A stretch of 63,976 bases of DNA, the filler included, from Trichomonas gallinae (Eukaryota), in assembly GCA_008369845.1 (NCBI GenBank). It is 8 parts of 8 records of this genome, joined end to end, with 100 filler letters (N's around TTAATTAATTAA, not from the genome) between each part and the next. Parts side by side here need not be neighbours in the genome. Positions count along the whole stretch, not along the records: positions 1 to 18,272 come from MRSU01000352.1; 7 more parts are not named here. The stretch is one strand, 5' to 3'. The position numbers were made by a program, and so were the translations under genes. Shown in pieces: positions 1-11,220 of this stretch. Positions within the stretch are counted from its first letter, which is position 1. Each line of letters begins with the position of its first letter. The notes under the pieces were generated by a model, which saw only the letters and a program-made list of their open reading frames with translations, ran no database searches and was not told the DNA's origin.

Positions 1-5
1 AAAAG

Positions 6-77
6 CTCGGTCACCGGGAATCGAACCCGGATCAAAAGAACGACAATCTTACATGATAACCATTACACTATGACCGA
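6..77 (-). tRNA. tRNA-Asp (anticodon GTC)
   Basis: Reverse complement reads TCGGTCA-TA-GTGTAATGGTTATCAT-G-TAAGA-TTGTCGT-TCTTT-TGAT-CCGGG-TTCGATT-CCCGG-TGACCGA-G. It has a 7-bp acceptor stem, a T-loop with TTCG, anticodon GTC and a G discriminator, followed by a T-run (Pol III terminator, cut by the window edge). Confidence 0.93.
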
Positions 78-268
78 CTTACATTTATCTAATATAGGGT
101 AATTTTATAATATAAAAATCACGCTTTTCACATAATCATATAATGCCCATAGTATTTACTGAGCATGAATTCAGGTGTAGATTGATCTATATTACACATT
201 CGAATCATAATTATTAAAATTCCGCTTAGCTGGCAGATTTCATGCAACAAAAATGACATAATTTTTTC

Positions 269-1432
269 ATGAGGTTTATCTTTGGATACGAAACATCTAG
301 ATCCACAAATCTTCACACATATGATAGCGAGCAAGATAAGATTTCCATCTATGGTGGTTTGGACTATCTCTTATTCTTCGGAGAGTTCGATAAAGATAAA
401 AAACTAAAACTAAAGTTTTCTCTAGATGAAAAAAGTGACGAGTTTATTATCACTTTCAATTCGCTTTCAAAATATTCACACATCCATTTAGAATTAGAAG
501 AAGCTTATATTGATATTGATGTGCTTATTATAGACGATTTTATCAAACTTCCAGGCCAAAATCTCAAAAATTTGCCTGATCGATTTGTAATCGGACACAG
601 AGGTTCAGGGAACAATTTAATTGTTAAAAATCATCTAGAAAACACAATCCCTGCATTCATGAATGCGTATAAAAATGGTGCAAGATGTGTTGAAATGGAT
701 GCTCAGCTCGCATATAATGATGTTCCTATTGTCATCCACCCTTTCACTCAAACATTACCACACAAATCAGAATCAGGAAAGGAGCCAATAAAGATTGATA
801 ACAGTGGTAAATTTATTTATCCAAACCAGCACATTACAGCGGAAGAACACAGAAAGACTGGATTGGTAACAGATTTTAAAACTGAAAGATGCACTTACGA
901 AGAAGTTCTCACACAATTACCCGAAGACATGTCAATACTCACAGAAGTTAAGTACCCATGCTCACCTGAATTAGAGAAACAGATTCCATTCCAAGAAAGA
1001 AACAGATATGTTGAAATTCTCTTCCAAAGTCTCGCGAAATTTGGAAATGATAGGATTGTTATTTTGGGCTCATTCGATCCCACACTTACAGTTTCGTTCG
1101 CAGTAAGACAGGATAAGTACCCAGTGGCATTGCTAATCAATCCTTCTCCAAAAGAAGATCGTGTACATTTAAGAACAAGAATTAGAGCATATTTACCTTT
1201 GCTTCAAAAATTAGGAATCAAATTTATATCTACAGACCCAAGAAATCTTCTTCCAGAACCAGAGATAATCAAAGAGGCCCTAAAACATGGAGTTAAGATA
1301 ATGACTTATTTCTCTGATGCTCAAACAAAAGAATATTATTTGAGTTTACTCAAACTAGGAATTGATGTAATTATCAGTGACTTTATACAGCCATTTGATG
1401 AGGCTGTTGAATTACTTAAACAGTTTTGCTAA
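269..1432 (+). CDS. Glycerophosphodiester phosphodiesterase (GDPD) family protein
   Basis: Motifs VIGHRG, ENTIPAF, VEMD, EVKYP, SFDP and GIDVIISD match the GDPD TIM barrel. Confidence 0.88.
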   Translation: MRFIFGYETSRSTNLHTYDSEQDKISIYGGLDYLLFFGEFDKDKKLKLKFSLDEKSDEFIITFNSLSKYSHIHLELEEAYIDIDVLIIDDFIKLPGQNLKNLPDRFVIGHRGSGNNLIVKNHLENTIPAFMNAYKNGARCVEMDAQLAYNDVPIVIHPFTQTLPHKSESGKEPIKIDNSGKFIYPNQHITAEEHRKTGLVTDFKTERCTYEEVLTQLPEDMSILTEVKYPCSPELEKQIPFQERNRYVEILFQSLAKFGNDRIVILGSFDPTLTVSFAVRQDKYPVALLINPSPKEDRVHLRTRIRAYLPLLQKLGIKFISTDPRNLLPEPEIIKEALKHGVKIMTYFSDAQTKEYYLSLLKLGIDVIISDFIQPFDEAVELLKQFC

Positions 1433-1980
1433 TATTTTAAGAAATTAACAATGCTGTAAAAATATCCATATTCTCACTATAAACTTATTAATACACATGG
1501 CATACATGCTATACATTGAAGAAATGCGCATAAAATAACAAGGTTTTGAAAAAGGAATTATAATTTTTCCTTTTCCAATTTGGCGTTGTTAATTAGGTCA
1601 AGCTCAGTCAGCACTTCATTGTATCCATTTATTTTGTTTCAAAAATCAAATTCGAACTGAATCAGATCCCATAAAATGTCATCGCATGAATGAATATCCA
1701 TGTTTTCATGTGCCATATTTATATTTGTCATCAAAAAGGTAAAAAATTTTGTAAAGTTATCTTTTTGAATTTTTCAAATTTGGATCAAAATACGTAATTA
1801 CCAAAGCACCAAGCAACCAATTTCAGCAAAAATTTTGGTCAGTAATTTTCTTAGTTGATTTCGTCATGCTTTGGCTAAAATAAGCCCATAATAGTGAGTT
1901 ACGAATATTTACCAAGTCAAAATCAAAAATATCTAAAAAACGATAAAACAAAAAAATTTCTAAAAAAAAGAAACAAATAA

Positions 1981-3804
1981 ATGAATGAATGTAGTAAAGA
2001 TTCGCAGCCCGCTGCGCCAAATATCCTCAACTCAACGGATGAGCAAACAGATGAAAACGGAGTAGTTTGGAGGAATTTCACCAAAGCCATAGAAATCAAA
2101 GATGCGACTTATATTAGAAGCGACACCAACCTTATGTCATTAAAGGATTTTGAAATACAAATTACCTGGATCACAATAAGCATGGCAAATGTCAAAATGC
2201 GAGGTATTAATTTCAAAGGATTATTACAAGTTACAGCGAAAGGCAGCATTGAAGCCGAAAATTGCACATTCAGCCCCATAGACGTCAATAATAAGGAATT
2301 TGCGAGCGAATGCACTGTAGAAGTTTTTGCGCAATCTTCTTCAAAATTCACAAACTGCAAATTTCATAAGGCATTGAAGGCCGCCCTTCTCGTGAGAGAT
2401 AGGTCAAACGCTGAAGTAACTAATTGCTGCTTTGATACAAACGTACACTCTTCCCTTCTTGTTTTAGATTCATCAACTTCGAAAATTCAGAACTGCTCGT
2501 TTAAAGGAGAAAATAAATTCGCTGTTTACGTATACAGAAAGTCATTCGCGTCATTCGAGAACTGCAAATTCAATAATATGAAAGGAAAAGCAGTTTTCGT
2601 ATTATTCGAAGGTCACACTACATTTAACAATTGCACGTTTACAAACTGCGCTGGCGGTGCGATAAGTATCGCCGAATCGTCATCTACAGATGTCAATGAG
2701 TGTCATTTTAAAACAATTAATTTTTCTGCAGTTCATGGCATTAAAAACTGTAGGCTTGCAGTCCACAACTCTACTTTCATGAATTGCATGGGAAATGGAG
2801 TTAATTTCGAGCATTCAAATGGATTTGTCAAAGATTGCATATTTGATGACTTTCGTTTCCCAGTATTTGCAGTATTCGGACCAAACGCTAAGCCTCTTCT
2901 ATCTGATTGCACAATCAAGAACGTGCATTCTTTTGGTGCTGTTTCGAGAGATTGCGCGATTCCAATTTTCGAGAGACTGAAGTTTATAGGTGGTGAAAGC
3001 CACTGCTTCTCAGTATCAGATTTTTCAAGAATTATCGTGAGAAATTGCATAATTCAAAATTTCGCAGGAAGTGCCTTTTGCATTTACAACGGCTCTTGGA
3101 TTTTCGCAGAATTTAACAAAATTAGCAATTGCCAGCAATTAGCCAAACTATTTTATAATTCATATTCTTATTTCAGGCAAAATTTGATTCAAAAGTGTCC
3201 AGAAATATGGGTAAAGTTCAAAGCTACTTATGATTTCGAATCAAATGGATTACTTGATGAAAATGATCTTGAAGATTTCCTTTTACCACCAAATTACCAA
3301 AAAGGTCCAGATGCAAGCAAACCAGCCACAGATAAACAATATAAAGAACTTGGTGTTACAGATAACAAAATTATCGAAAAAAGTCACACAATTCCTATTG
3401 ACGAAGGCGTTTCGCCAGATTTTGAGCCGATAAATGTCGATTCTCTCAAAGAAGATGAAGGATTTGTACAAATTAATGAGCCAAAATGCACATGTCTCAA
3501 ATGCAACAAAGCCCCTGCCAATGTCTACTTCACACCATGCGGACATTGCGTTCTATGCAAGGAATGTGCCAAAGATGAAAAATTCTGCCCGCTTTGTTCG
3601 ACAACAATACAAAAATCTATCGATGGAATATTACAGGATGATTGCATTATTTGTTACGACCCAGCAGATACGATTTTGCTGCCATGTGGACATATAAATA
3701 TCTGTTATTCTTGCGCAATGCATCTCTGGGGTGAAGGAAGGAAATGCCCAGAATGCAGAGAGAAAATTGTAAGTTTCAGACATATATTTGCAGCTAATGA
3801 ATAA
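1981..3804 (+). CDS. Right-handed parallel beta-helix protein with two C-terminal C3HC4 RING fingers (putative E3 ligase)
   Basis: Many ~22-aa PbH1-like repeats (xxF/VxNCxF), then CLKC...PCGH..LCKEC...CPLC and CIIC...PCGH..ICYSC...CPEC. Confidence 0.85.
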   Translation: MNECSKDSQPAAPNILNSTDEQTDENGVVWRNFTKAIEIKDATYIRSDTNLMSLKDFEIQITWITISMANVKMRGINFKGLLQVTAKGSIEAENCTFSPIDVNNKEFASECTVEVFAQSSSKFTNCKFHKALKAALLVRDRSNAEVTNCCFDTNVHSSLLVLDSSTSKIQNCSFKGENKFAVYVYRKSFASFENCKFNNMKGKAVFVLFEGHTTFNNCTFTNCAGGAISIAESSSTDVNECHFKTINFSAVHGIKNCRLAVHNSTFMNCMGNGVNFEHSNGFVKDCIFDDFRFPVFAVFGPNAKPLLSDCTIKNVHSFGAVSRDCAIPIFERLKFIGGESHCFSVSDFSRIIVRNCIIQNFAGSAFCIYNGSWIFAEFNKISNCQQLAKLFYNSYSYFRQNLIQKCPEIWVKFKATYDFESNGLLDENDLEDFLLPPNYQKGPDASKPATDKQYKELGVTDNKIIEKSHTIPIDEGVSPDFEPINVDSLKEDEGFVQINEPKCTCLKCNKAPANVYFTPCGHCVLCKECAKDEKFCPLCSTTIQKSIDGILQDDCIICYDPADTILLPCGHINICYSCAMHLWGEGRKCPECREKIVSFRHIFAANE

Positions 3805-4236
3805 TATTAATTATTTTATGTATGTTTATTATTTAAAAACCTTTGTTTATTTCCCCAACACATCCTATTCTCTAACATTTCAGCCTTAAACTCAAAAAAT
3901 AAATTAATCAGCATCTGATATATTCTATATCTAAATTTGTGACAATGAAATAGCAAAGGATATTATCTAATCTATTTGAAAGGAGAGCTTTACATAATGA
4001 AAAAAAAGCTCATTTTCAACAAATATTTCATAGTCTCGAAATTTCCTTGCTTGTTCACCGATTCTAATTTGTTATATGCATATTTACGTGAAAAACGTTC
4101 ATATTTTGTTACTAATTTTGTTATTTTTTATATCAAATTCAAAAAAATTAACGAAAATATATGAATTTTATTTCATAATATTTCTACAAAACAGTTATAT
4201 ATTGTATATTTCATGTTATAATCTCATTTTTTCGTT

Positions 4237-6216
4237 ATGCGTAATGTTGCAATAATTGCTCAGCCTGTTATTCAACAATACGTGCCTCCACCCATGCAAG
4301 AAGTCACAAATTTCTCATCTATAGACTGGAGTTTAGTTAGTGAGCTCGATCCTGATGTTATTCGCAGAAATAAAGATTCTTCAAAGATAAAGGACTTCAT
4401 TTTCGCCTTCAAAACATTTACAATCAATAAAACAGACACAAAAACGTTCACAAATCCACTTGCAGCTCGATTATTTTGCCTAATTCAAGTCGCATTCGAT
4501 TATCAACAGCATTTGCAGCATCAATTCACTAAACTTATACAGAAGAAAGATGCAAAATACAACAGATTATCCAAAAAATGCAAAATTCTCGAAGAATCTT
4601 ACCAAAAATCAAAAGAATTAATCGAATCTCTGCGAGGAAACCACGAAACATGCCCAGTTTGCCAGAGAAGGTTCAAAGGAACAGTTTATCTCGACAATCA
4701 CTTCAGACGCAAGCATCCAGACTTAGTTCCAGCGTGGAACGCAATTCGCACTCAAACTCCAATTCAGCAGCCAGACGTAGAAGCGTTATTGAAGGAAATC
4801 AAGGAGCTGAAAGATGCCCAGCAGAATGTCCCATATATTATCCAAAATCCTCCGCAGGTTGTCACATATCATCCACCACAACAAAAACAAGAAATTCCGC
4901 AACCAAAGATACAAACTCAGCCGATTTCAACAGTCAAAAGCGAGGAATCTATAAATCCTTTCGCTGTTTTCCAAACGAGCGATCACTCATCGAGCGTTGA
5001 AGAGCAGAACTTCGTGAGAAACAAAACAGATTCACTCGAAAAACGTCAAATAATTCAGCAGCCAGAAAAACCGCAGCCGACAGTTGTAGTGAAACCAGCC
5101 AAAGTCGAAAGTGACTCAGACGACTTGGGAATGCCTGAAATAGACAAACAGGAAGAGAATTTGGCTCCTCCTAAACCTGATGTTGCCTTGCAGCCGCTTA
5201 GACGTAAACAGAACACTCCGCCGCCGTCACCAGAGCCTCAGAAACCTAAGAACCAAATCGCGACACTCAACAAAGCGAGAAACTTCGTCGACAAAGAAAA
5301 ATCTGTCAAAGGAAACATGAACACGTCAGAATTCGAGCGCGAAATAGAAATAGCAAGCGAAAATATCCGCAGACAAGTCGCAGAACGCCTCAAAAAAGAC
5401 CCACCACAGAAATTCACTAAACAACAAAACGATGAACAAAACAATGAACAAAAATCACAAAATAATGACAAAAGTTCACAGCAAAATTATGGGCAAAAAC
5501 CAGCCGAAAAGAAGCAACATGTTGTTCAAAGGGAGGAAGATTTGGAAGACGGTGAGTTTTCTTATGAATCGAATCCGTTCGAGACTGATTATGACCAGGA
5601 TGAAAATGAATTCGCAATCGAGCAATTTTTGGCTGAAGAAGAAGAAATGGGTGAAATACAAGAAGAAGACAATGATGACAACCCATTCTTAATGGACAAT
5701 TCTAATATTTCGCATGGGAACCCGCTCACTGTTGACAACTCAAACCTTTCTCGAGAAAATCCATTCACTGTTGACAATTCGAATGTTTCGGCTGAAAATC
5801 CATTCATGATGGAAAGCTCTTCTGATTACATACCCCAAACACAGCCATACCAGCTTCCTAAGCAACCAATAACCAATTTCGTTTCATCAAATAACAGCAT
5901 TTCGCAGCAGCACACCAAAGACTATCGCGGAATTGAAGTTTCGAGTGGTTTGTTCGATGATGAATCGTCGACATTCATCCAAGAGAAGGAAAAACTGTTG
6001 CCACCACAACAGAAGAAGCAAATGTCACCGCCGCCGAAGAGAAGACTGCTCGAGATAACACCGCCAATTCACGACGAACAACCGCAAAAACAGCCTCAGC
6101 CTCAGCCAAACGGTTTGATGCCAAGACCAGCTGGAATTGCAAGGGCTGAAGCTGCAAGACAGGAGAATCCAAAACTACGTGGTTTCTTTACAGAAAACGA
6201 CTTCCTTGATGACTAA
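4237..6216 (+). CDS. DZIP1/Iguana-like basal-body protein (Dzip-like N domain, C2H2 finger, coiled coil, low-complexity tail)
   Basis: N-terminal IDWSLVSELDPDVI...LFCLIQVAFDY resembles the Dzip-like_N domain; C2H2 finger CPVC...HFRRKH follows. Inr-like TCATTTTT lies just upstream of the ATG. Confidence 0.7.
   Translation: MRNVAIIAQPVIQQYVPPPMQEVTNFSSIDWSLVSELDPDVIRRNKDSSKIKDFIFAFKTFTINKTDTKTFTNPLAARLFCLIQVAFDYQQHLQHQFTKLIQKKDAKYNRLSKKCKILEESYQKSKELIESLRGNHETCPVCQRRFKGTVYLDNHFRRKHPDLVPAWNAIRTQTPIQQPDVEALLKEIKELKDAQQNVPYIIQNPPQVVTYHPPQQKQEIPQPKIQTQPISTVKSEESINPFAVFQTSDHSSSVEEQNFVRNKTDSLEKRQIIQQPEKPQPTVVVKPAKVESDSDDLGMPEIDKQEENLAPPKPDVALQPLRRKQNTPPPSPEPQKPKNQIATLNKARNFVDKEKSVKGNMNTSEFEREIEIASENIRRQVAERLKKDPPQKFTKQQNDEQNNEQKSQNNDKSSQQNYGQKPAEKKQHVVQREEDLEDGEFSYESNPFETDYDQDENEFAIEQFLAEEEEMGEIQEEDNDDNPFLMDNSNISHGNPLTVDNSNLSRENPFTVDNSNVSAENPFMMESSSDYIPQTQPYQLPKQPITNFVSSNNSISQQHTKDYRGIEVSSGLFDDESSTFIQEKEKLLPPQQKKQMSPPPKRRLLEITPPIHDEQPQKQPQPQPNGLMPRPAGIARAEAARQENPKLRGFFTENDFLDD
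5680..5805 (+). repeat. Coding tandem repeat, 39-nt/13-aa period (NP[FL]xxDNSNxSxx), 3 full copies plus a partial fourth
   Basis: NPFLMDNSNISHG / NPLTVDNSNLSRE / NPFTVDNSNVSAE / NPF, starting at 5680, 5719, 5758 and 5797. Confidence 0.85.
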
Positions 6217-6547
6217 TTTCTATAATTTGTTTGTTAATATAAAATTAATTTTTAAATTTTCACATCAATATCTAAAGAATCAACAGAAATAACCTAATAA
6301 ACTATAAATCATAAAGTATATTGCAATAATAAATCATTAATTTTTTGTTGAAAAATATTAAAGTTAATATATTCGTCAAAATGCTAAGTTACAATGGTTG
6401 TGATGTTAGTTTTTCATTTCATCATTGCTTAACTAGTATTTCATCAAGTAATATAATTTGACATGTAAATTATCTATTTGACAAATAAATTTTTGTCATG
6501 TAAAAATTTATTTTGTTTTGTAATCTTTTTTGGCGGGTGTAATTATA

Positions 6548-7063
6548 ATGGATGATCTTACACCAATCAGTATTCAAGGAATGTCAACATACGGAGATTT
6601 GAATATCGAAAACCAAGCACTACCGACAATTAACGCCCAGGCTGATAATAAAAAAATAAAGAGGCCTATGAACGCTTTTTTATTATTCTGTAAAGATAAA
6701 AGACAATCAACGCGAGGTGAAAACCCTGACATGAAAAACGTCGATGTGTCACAAGTTCTGGCTGAACAGTGGAAGAATCTTGATGATGCTCAAAAACTAC
6801 ATTATCGAGCTTTAGCGGCAGAGCAACAGAAGGCATTTAAGGAGGAAAATCCAGACTACAAATATGAGAAGGCTAAAGCGAAGCATTTAGCGAATCGCCA
6901 AAAATTAAGACCTGAATTTAGACATATTACAAATGTTCTCGATGTTAAAACTCTTCTTTCTATGTCTGTCGAAGATGCAAAAGCTTACTTGCTCTTCCTT
7001 TCAACACAGACTGTTCCGCAAACTCCAATGAATGATCAGCTTATTATCAACGCATATCCATAG
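6548..7063 (+). CDS. SOX/MATA-type single HMG-box transcription factor
   Basis: KIKRPMNAFLLF...NPDMKNVDVSQVLAEQWK...ENPDYKY. First ATG is at 6548. Confidence 0.88.
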   Translation: MDDLTPISIQGMSTYGDLNIENQALPTINAQADNKKIKRPMNAFLLFCKDKRQSTRGENPDMKNVDVSQVLAEQWKNLDDAQKLHYRALAAEQQKAFKEENPDYKYEKAKAKHLANRQKLRPEFRHITNVLDVKTLLSMSVEDAKAYLLFLSTQTVPQTPMNDQLIINAYP

Positions 7064-7482
7064 ATGCACAAATTCATGCAAATATCATTTATCATTCAGG
7101 TTGCATCAATAATTGGGAAATCAGAAAAATTGCGATAACTTTTTATTCGAATATTCATCTAATATTACTTGTTTGTTCTCTGATATTTTACTAAAATATC
7201 AATAATATATATTGTAATATTTGCTGGTATATATAGATTATTAAAGCATTTGCTAACCAATTCAATATAAATATGCATTCATATTGATGCAGTGAAATAT
7301 TGCACATATCCTATGCGTGCAAATATTGATGCAAATCTAAAGGTCAATAAATATCCATGTGATTTCGCATTTTTTATTTATCATATAAATTGTGTGAAGG
7401 CAAATCTATACAAAAATACATGGAAATAATACAATCGAGGTATCCCCGGATAATTTTTGGGAGCCCCTGCATTTCAAACAGG

Positions 7483-8076
7483 ATGACTTATTCTCTCTTT
7501 GTTCGTCCTGTTACTCACGTCAGCAAAGATTTCCTGTATTCAGTGTTCAGTGAATTCGGCGAAGTAAAGGATTGCTACATACCCAAGGACTATAAATCAG
7601 GCCGTCGCAGAACTTTCGCATATATTAAGTACGACGACAAATTTTCAGCGGCAAAGGCAATAGAAATGATGGACCAGAAAGAAGTAAACGGAAGAGTTAT
7701 ATCTGTTGGCTGGTCTCAAGAAATTTCTAAAACACCGGAAGAAATGGAAGCAATTAACACACAGAAAGCGATCCAGAGACAAGAAAGAGCAAAAAACCCG
7801 AAATATACACCAGAAGAACATGAACTTTTCCTCAAGAAAAAGAATTTCGCTAAAGGAGAATTTCACGACAAATTTTTCTCAGCTGTTGACTACCCACTAG
7901 GAGTAGGAGAGGAGTTTACACCCATTTTCCAGCGTGGTTTGAAGCCAGTTGGTGAAAGAAAAACATTCTTCCATTGGCAGTACATCCCTGAAGAAAAGAT
8001 CAGACAGATTATTGAGCAAGAAGTCGCATACCAAAACAAACTAAAGGGCATCGCGCCAAATCAAGATCCACAATAA
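7483..8076 (+). CDS. RRM protein (SRSF2/SRSF10-like RRM without an RS domain)
   Basis: SLFVRP (RNP2), FGEVKDCYIPKDY and RTFAYIKY (RNP1). ATG 7483 chosen because the RRM begins there. Confidence 0.82.
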   Translation: MTYSLFVRPVTHVSKDFLYSVFSEFGEVKDCYIPKDYKSGRRRTFAYIKYDDKFSAAKAIEMMDQKEVNGRVISVGWSQEISKTPEEMEAINTQKAIQRQERAKNPKYTPEEHELFLKKKNFAKGEFHDKFFSAVDYPLGVGEEFTPIFQRGLKPVGERKTFFHWQYIPEEKIRQIIEQEVAYQNKLKGIAPNQDPQ

Positions 8077-8526
8077 TTTTCCTAATATGTTTTGTTTCAT
8101 CATTTCACTCTTGTTTCTTCATATACATCACTACGATTGTCTAATTTACTATTGTTGTTTATTGATAAATTTTTCAAATCTTATATTATCATTCTTTAAA
8201 TGCATAATCTTCATTTTTACAATAATCTCTATTGAATCCATATACTTTACATATCTCAATCATTTCAATATTTTTTGAGAAAAATAAATATATAACTAAA
8301 CTGAATTTTAGTAACATATTTGTAATAAATCAAACTAATATAAATGAAATAAGTTATAGAAAGGTTATGATATGCTTGAAGATTTTCAAAATATTTTGCA
8401 TTTTTGGATAAAATGATGATAAATATGTGTAAAATATGATAAATATTTTAAATACCAAATTTTTTGGAACAAAAACTAGAAAAAGGTTATAGATTATGTA
8501 AATTCGTTAGAAATTTATTTTAGTGG

Positions 8527-8880
8527 ATGTTTGTATTTTTTGCTTTATGCGTTTTAAACAGAGATATTCTCCAAGACAGCGGGGAGAACCCTCCTGAGGA
8601 GATCCCGGAAAGGACTCCGACACCTTCAGAAACTCCAAGCCCTTCGAAGACGAAAATCATTAAATATATTTACCCACCTGAATCAAATAAAGTCGACACG
8701 TGGCTAATCGTATGCACTATCATAGTATGCATCATTATCATCATCACAGTTGTATCTGTCGTAGTTTTATGTTTCAGACAAAATAAGGGTGAAATTTATG
8801 CTCACGATAATAAAGAAAAACAGCAGCATCAGGCAGGAACCGTTGAAATTAGATCAATTTATCGCATTACGAAGACTTAA
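8527..8880 (+). CDS. Small single-pass membrane protein
   Basis: Short hydrophobic N-terminus, P/T/S-rich stalk, TM segment WLIVCTIIVCIIIIITVVSVVVLCF and a short tail. Confidence 0.75.
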   Translation: MFVFFALCVLNRDILQDSGENPPEEIPERTPTPSETPSPSKTKIIKYIYPPESNKVDTWLIVCTIIVCIIIIITVVSVVVLCFRQNKGEIYAHDNKEKQQHQAGTVEIRSIYRITKT

Positions 8881-9102
8881 TATTTTTGCATCATCAAAAT
8901 TTAAGTTTTATAGGTATATATTTGTTTATAGAAAGCAAGACTTATCAAGTATTTCCTTTCACAATCATTTGTTTTTTTTACTAAATTTTTATTTTCAAAA
9001 AAATCCTCTTTTTTTTAATGCTAATCTTTAAATATACATCTTTCTCATCTCATATTTTGTTTTAAGATCGTTTTAAAATCATTTTTTTGTTATCATAATA
9101 TT

Positions 9103-11220
9103 ATGTGTATTGATCCACTTTTAGTGGAAAAAATTGGAGAGTTTATTGATGTTAAATATAATGAGCCATCAATATGCTATCCAGTGAATGTGACAGGGAG
9201 AGGGAAAAGCAAAGAAAAGATGATATTATTTACAAATGAAAGCAATATAATCGTTTTTGACAATAAAAACCAATCGAAGTTCATCAACCCATTACTAAAT
9301 AAAACGTGGTTTCAATTAAAACGAATAGTTTCAAATGATGAATATAAATTGCAATTACATTTCGATAAAGGATATTTCGAAATAGAAAGTGACGTTGTTC
9401 CATTGATTATATACGTCGTGGTTCGGTATATATGTAATATTTTAGTCGATAAAGAGATTCCGGAAGTAGATCTCGAGACATTCGACTATACAACCATTCA
9501 AAAGTCTCGATACGCAGCCTACTACCGTCTGAGGGCATTAATATTTACAGAAAGCTTTCAGTATTCGCTTGATACAATTTTAAGGTTCAAAGACTTCTTG
9601 GGAATTGCGTACAATGAGATTGATGTGTATACTATTGACCCCATAGGCAACCATATTCCATACATTTTAAGGGCATTACAAGTAAATCCAAAGATTTCGA
9701 ATTTAATTGTGCAAACTCCAATGAAAGGAGTGATTTGGAAGGATTTGGGCGACTTTGTTGCGTATAATCAGACAATCAAAAGCATTGTTACATATGAACC
9801 AATAACAAATGATTTCGAATTCTTCATTCAAGGATTTCAACAGAATCCAAGGTCAAAAATTGATAAATTAGCTATAATGAATGCTAAAGTCACTAGAAAA
9901 TACGTCTTAGATATCGAACAACTGCTCCAAGCACGACAATTAAGTTCTTTGGAGTTGAACAACTGTTTAGCTGGCCCAACAGCAATAGAATTCATTGAAA
10001 TATTCGAAAAAAGCGCACAAATGCAGCAAATTAGGCATTTATCACTTGATAATTCCAAAAATTTAGATTTATATCAACTTCTGCGTGTAACAAAATCACT
10101 AGACTCACTCTCAGTGAATGAGTGTGGCATAGAGCTCTGCCTTTTCTTCGGCTTTCTCGCATATTTCCCAGATGTCAAACTCAAAGAAATAAGTATCAAC
10201 GGAAACCAAGCGAAAGCAGCTCTGAAATCATCATTAAAGATCCCAACAAGCATCAAAAAGCTTTCAATTACTAATACTTTTTTCGCTGGTGATAATATTT
10301 TGAGATTACTCGTTTTACTGGCTCCTCTACGTGCAAACATCGATCTTTCTCACGCGCAAAATCTGCAGACAAACTGGAATTCATTAGCAAGGGAATTTGA
10401 TCTGATAGAAAATCCACAATTCACTGGATTAGGCTGGGCTGGGAACCCAGTTGAACTACAGACACTAGATTTCTTCGACCGATGCGAGAACCTTTCTATG
10501 CTGAATATATCAGACTGCATTCGAGAAAAGAGCAGCTCTTTTCCTGAAATCATAAAATTTTTGTCGGAAAATGGTACAATAGAAAAACTCAAAATATCTC
10601 AGGGAAAGCCAACAGATATCAGTGTAAACTCAATGCCACTCATTTTCTCACTGATCAAGGATAACAGGAACATTAAATCAGTTGACATATCTGGACATCC
10701 AATAACTGATGATCTTCTTAAAAACTTCTCCGAGGCATTGATGTCGAATTTGTCTATTTTTGAAGTGAATTTCTCACTGACAGAGTGCAAGAGTGGACCA
10801 GCTGTCGTTGAGTTCTACAACAAGCTAGAGTCCAGATTCACACCTCTGCACCTGCCACCGCCAAACTTCGACATGAAGCGGCTTAGACACCAAAAACAAA
10901 TCTCCGAAGCAGATGAAGTTGAAATATTCAGGATAATCGAATCAGTCTCTTATGGAAACAAGAATGCTAAACCACCGGTCGACTCTTTCACTCCTATGGT
11001 TCGTGTAGAGAAACAGAGAAGAGTCCCGCCGTGCGAAAATTACAGAATTCCTACTGATGATGAAGTAATTCAAATAATGGCGAACGAAAAAGATGATGCT
11101 GCGGAGTGGGAAGTTATTCAGGATCAAATCCCACACATTGACACATTGGCTGTTACAACAATGCTTCAACAAACAATGAATATTGATATGCTTATCGCAT
11201 CAGTTTCTCTTGGGCTTTAA
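9103..11220 (+). CDS. Leucine-rich repeat protein (CARMIL/RNI-like, PH-like N-terminus)
   Basis: 705-aa ORF with RNI-like LRRs (LSLDNS, LSVNECGI, VDISGHPI); typical of an expanded trichomonad family. Confidence 0.7.
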   Translation: MCIDPLLVEKIGEFIDVKYNEPSICYPVNVTGRGKSKEKMILFTNESNIIVFDNKNQSKFINPLLNKTWFQLKRIVSNDEYKLQLHFDKGYFEIESDVVPLIIYVVVRYICNILVDKEIPEVDLETFDYTTIQKSRYAAYYRLRALIFTESFQYSLDTILRFKDFLGIAYNEIDVYTIDPIGNHIPYILRALQVNPKISNLIVQTPMKGVIWKDLGDFVAYNQTIKSIVTYEPITNDFEFFIQGFQQNPRSKIDKLAIMNAKVTRKYVLDIEQLLQARQLSSLELNNCLAGPTAIEFIEIFEKSAQMQQIRHLSLDNSKNLDLYQLLRVTKSLDSLSVNECGIELCLFFGFLAYFPDVKLKEISINGNQAKAALKSSLKIPTSIKKLSITNTFFAGDNILRLLVLLAPLRANIDLSHAQNLQTNWNSLAREFDLIENPQFTGLGWAGNPVELQTLDFFDRCENLSMLNISDCIREKSSSFPEIIKFLSENGTIEKLKISQGKPTDISVNSMPLIFSLIKDNRNIKSVDISGHPITDDLLKNFSEALMSNLSIFEVNFSLTECKSGPAVVEFYNKLESRFTPLHLPPPNFDMKRLRHQKQISEADEVEIFRIIESVSYGNKNAKPPVDSFTPMVRVEKQRRVPPCENYRIPTDDEVIQIMANEKDDAAEWEVIQDQIPHIDTLAVTTMLQQTMNIDMLIASVSLGL

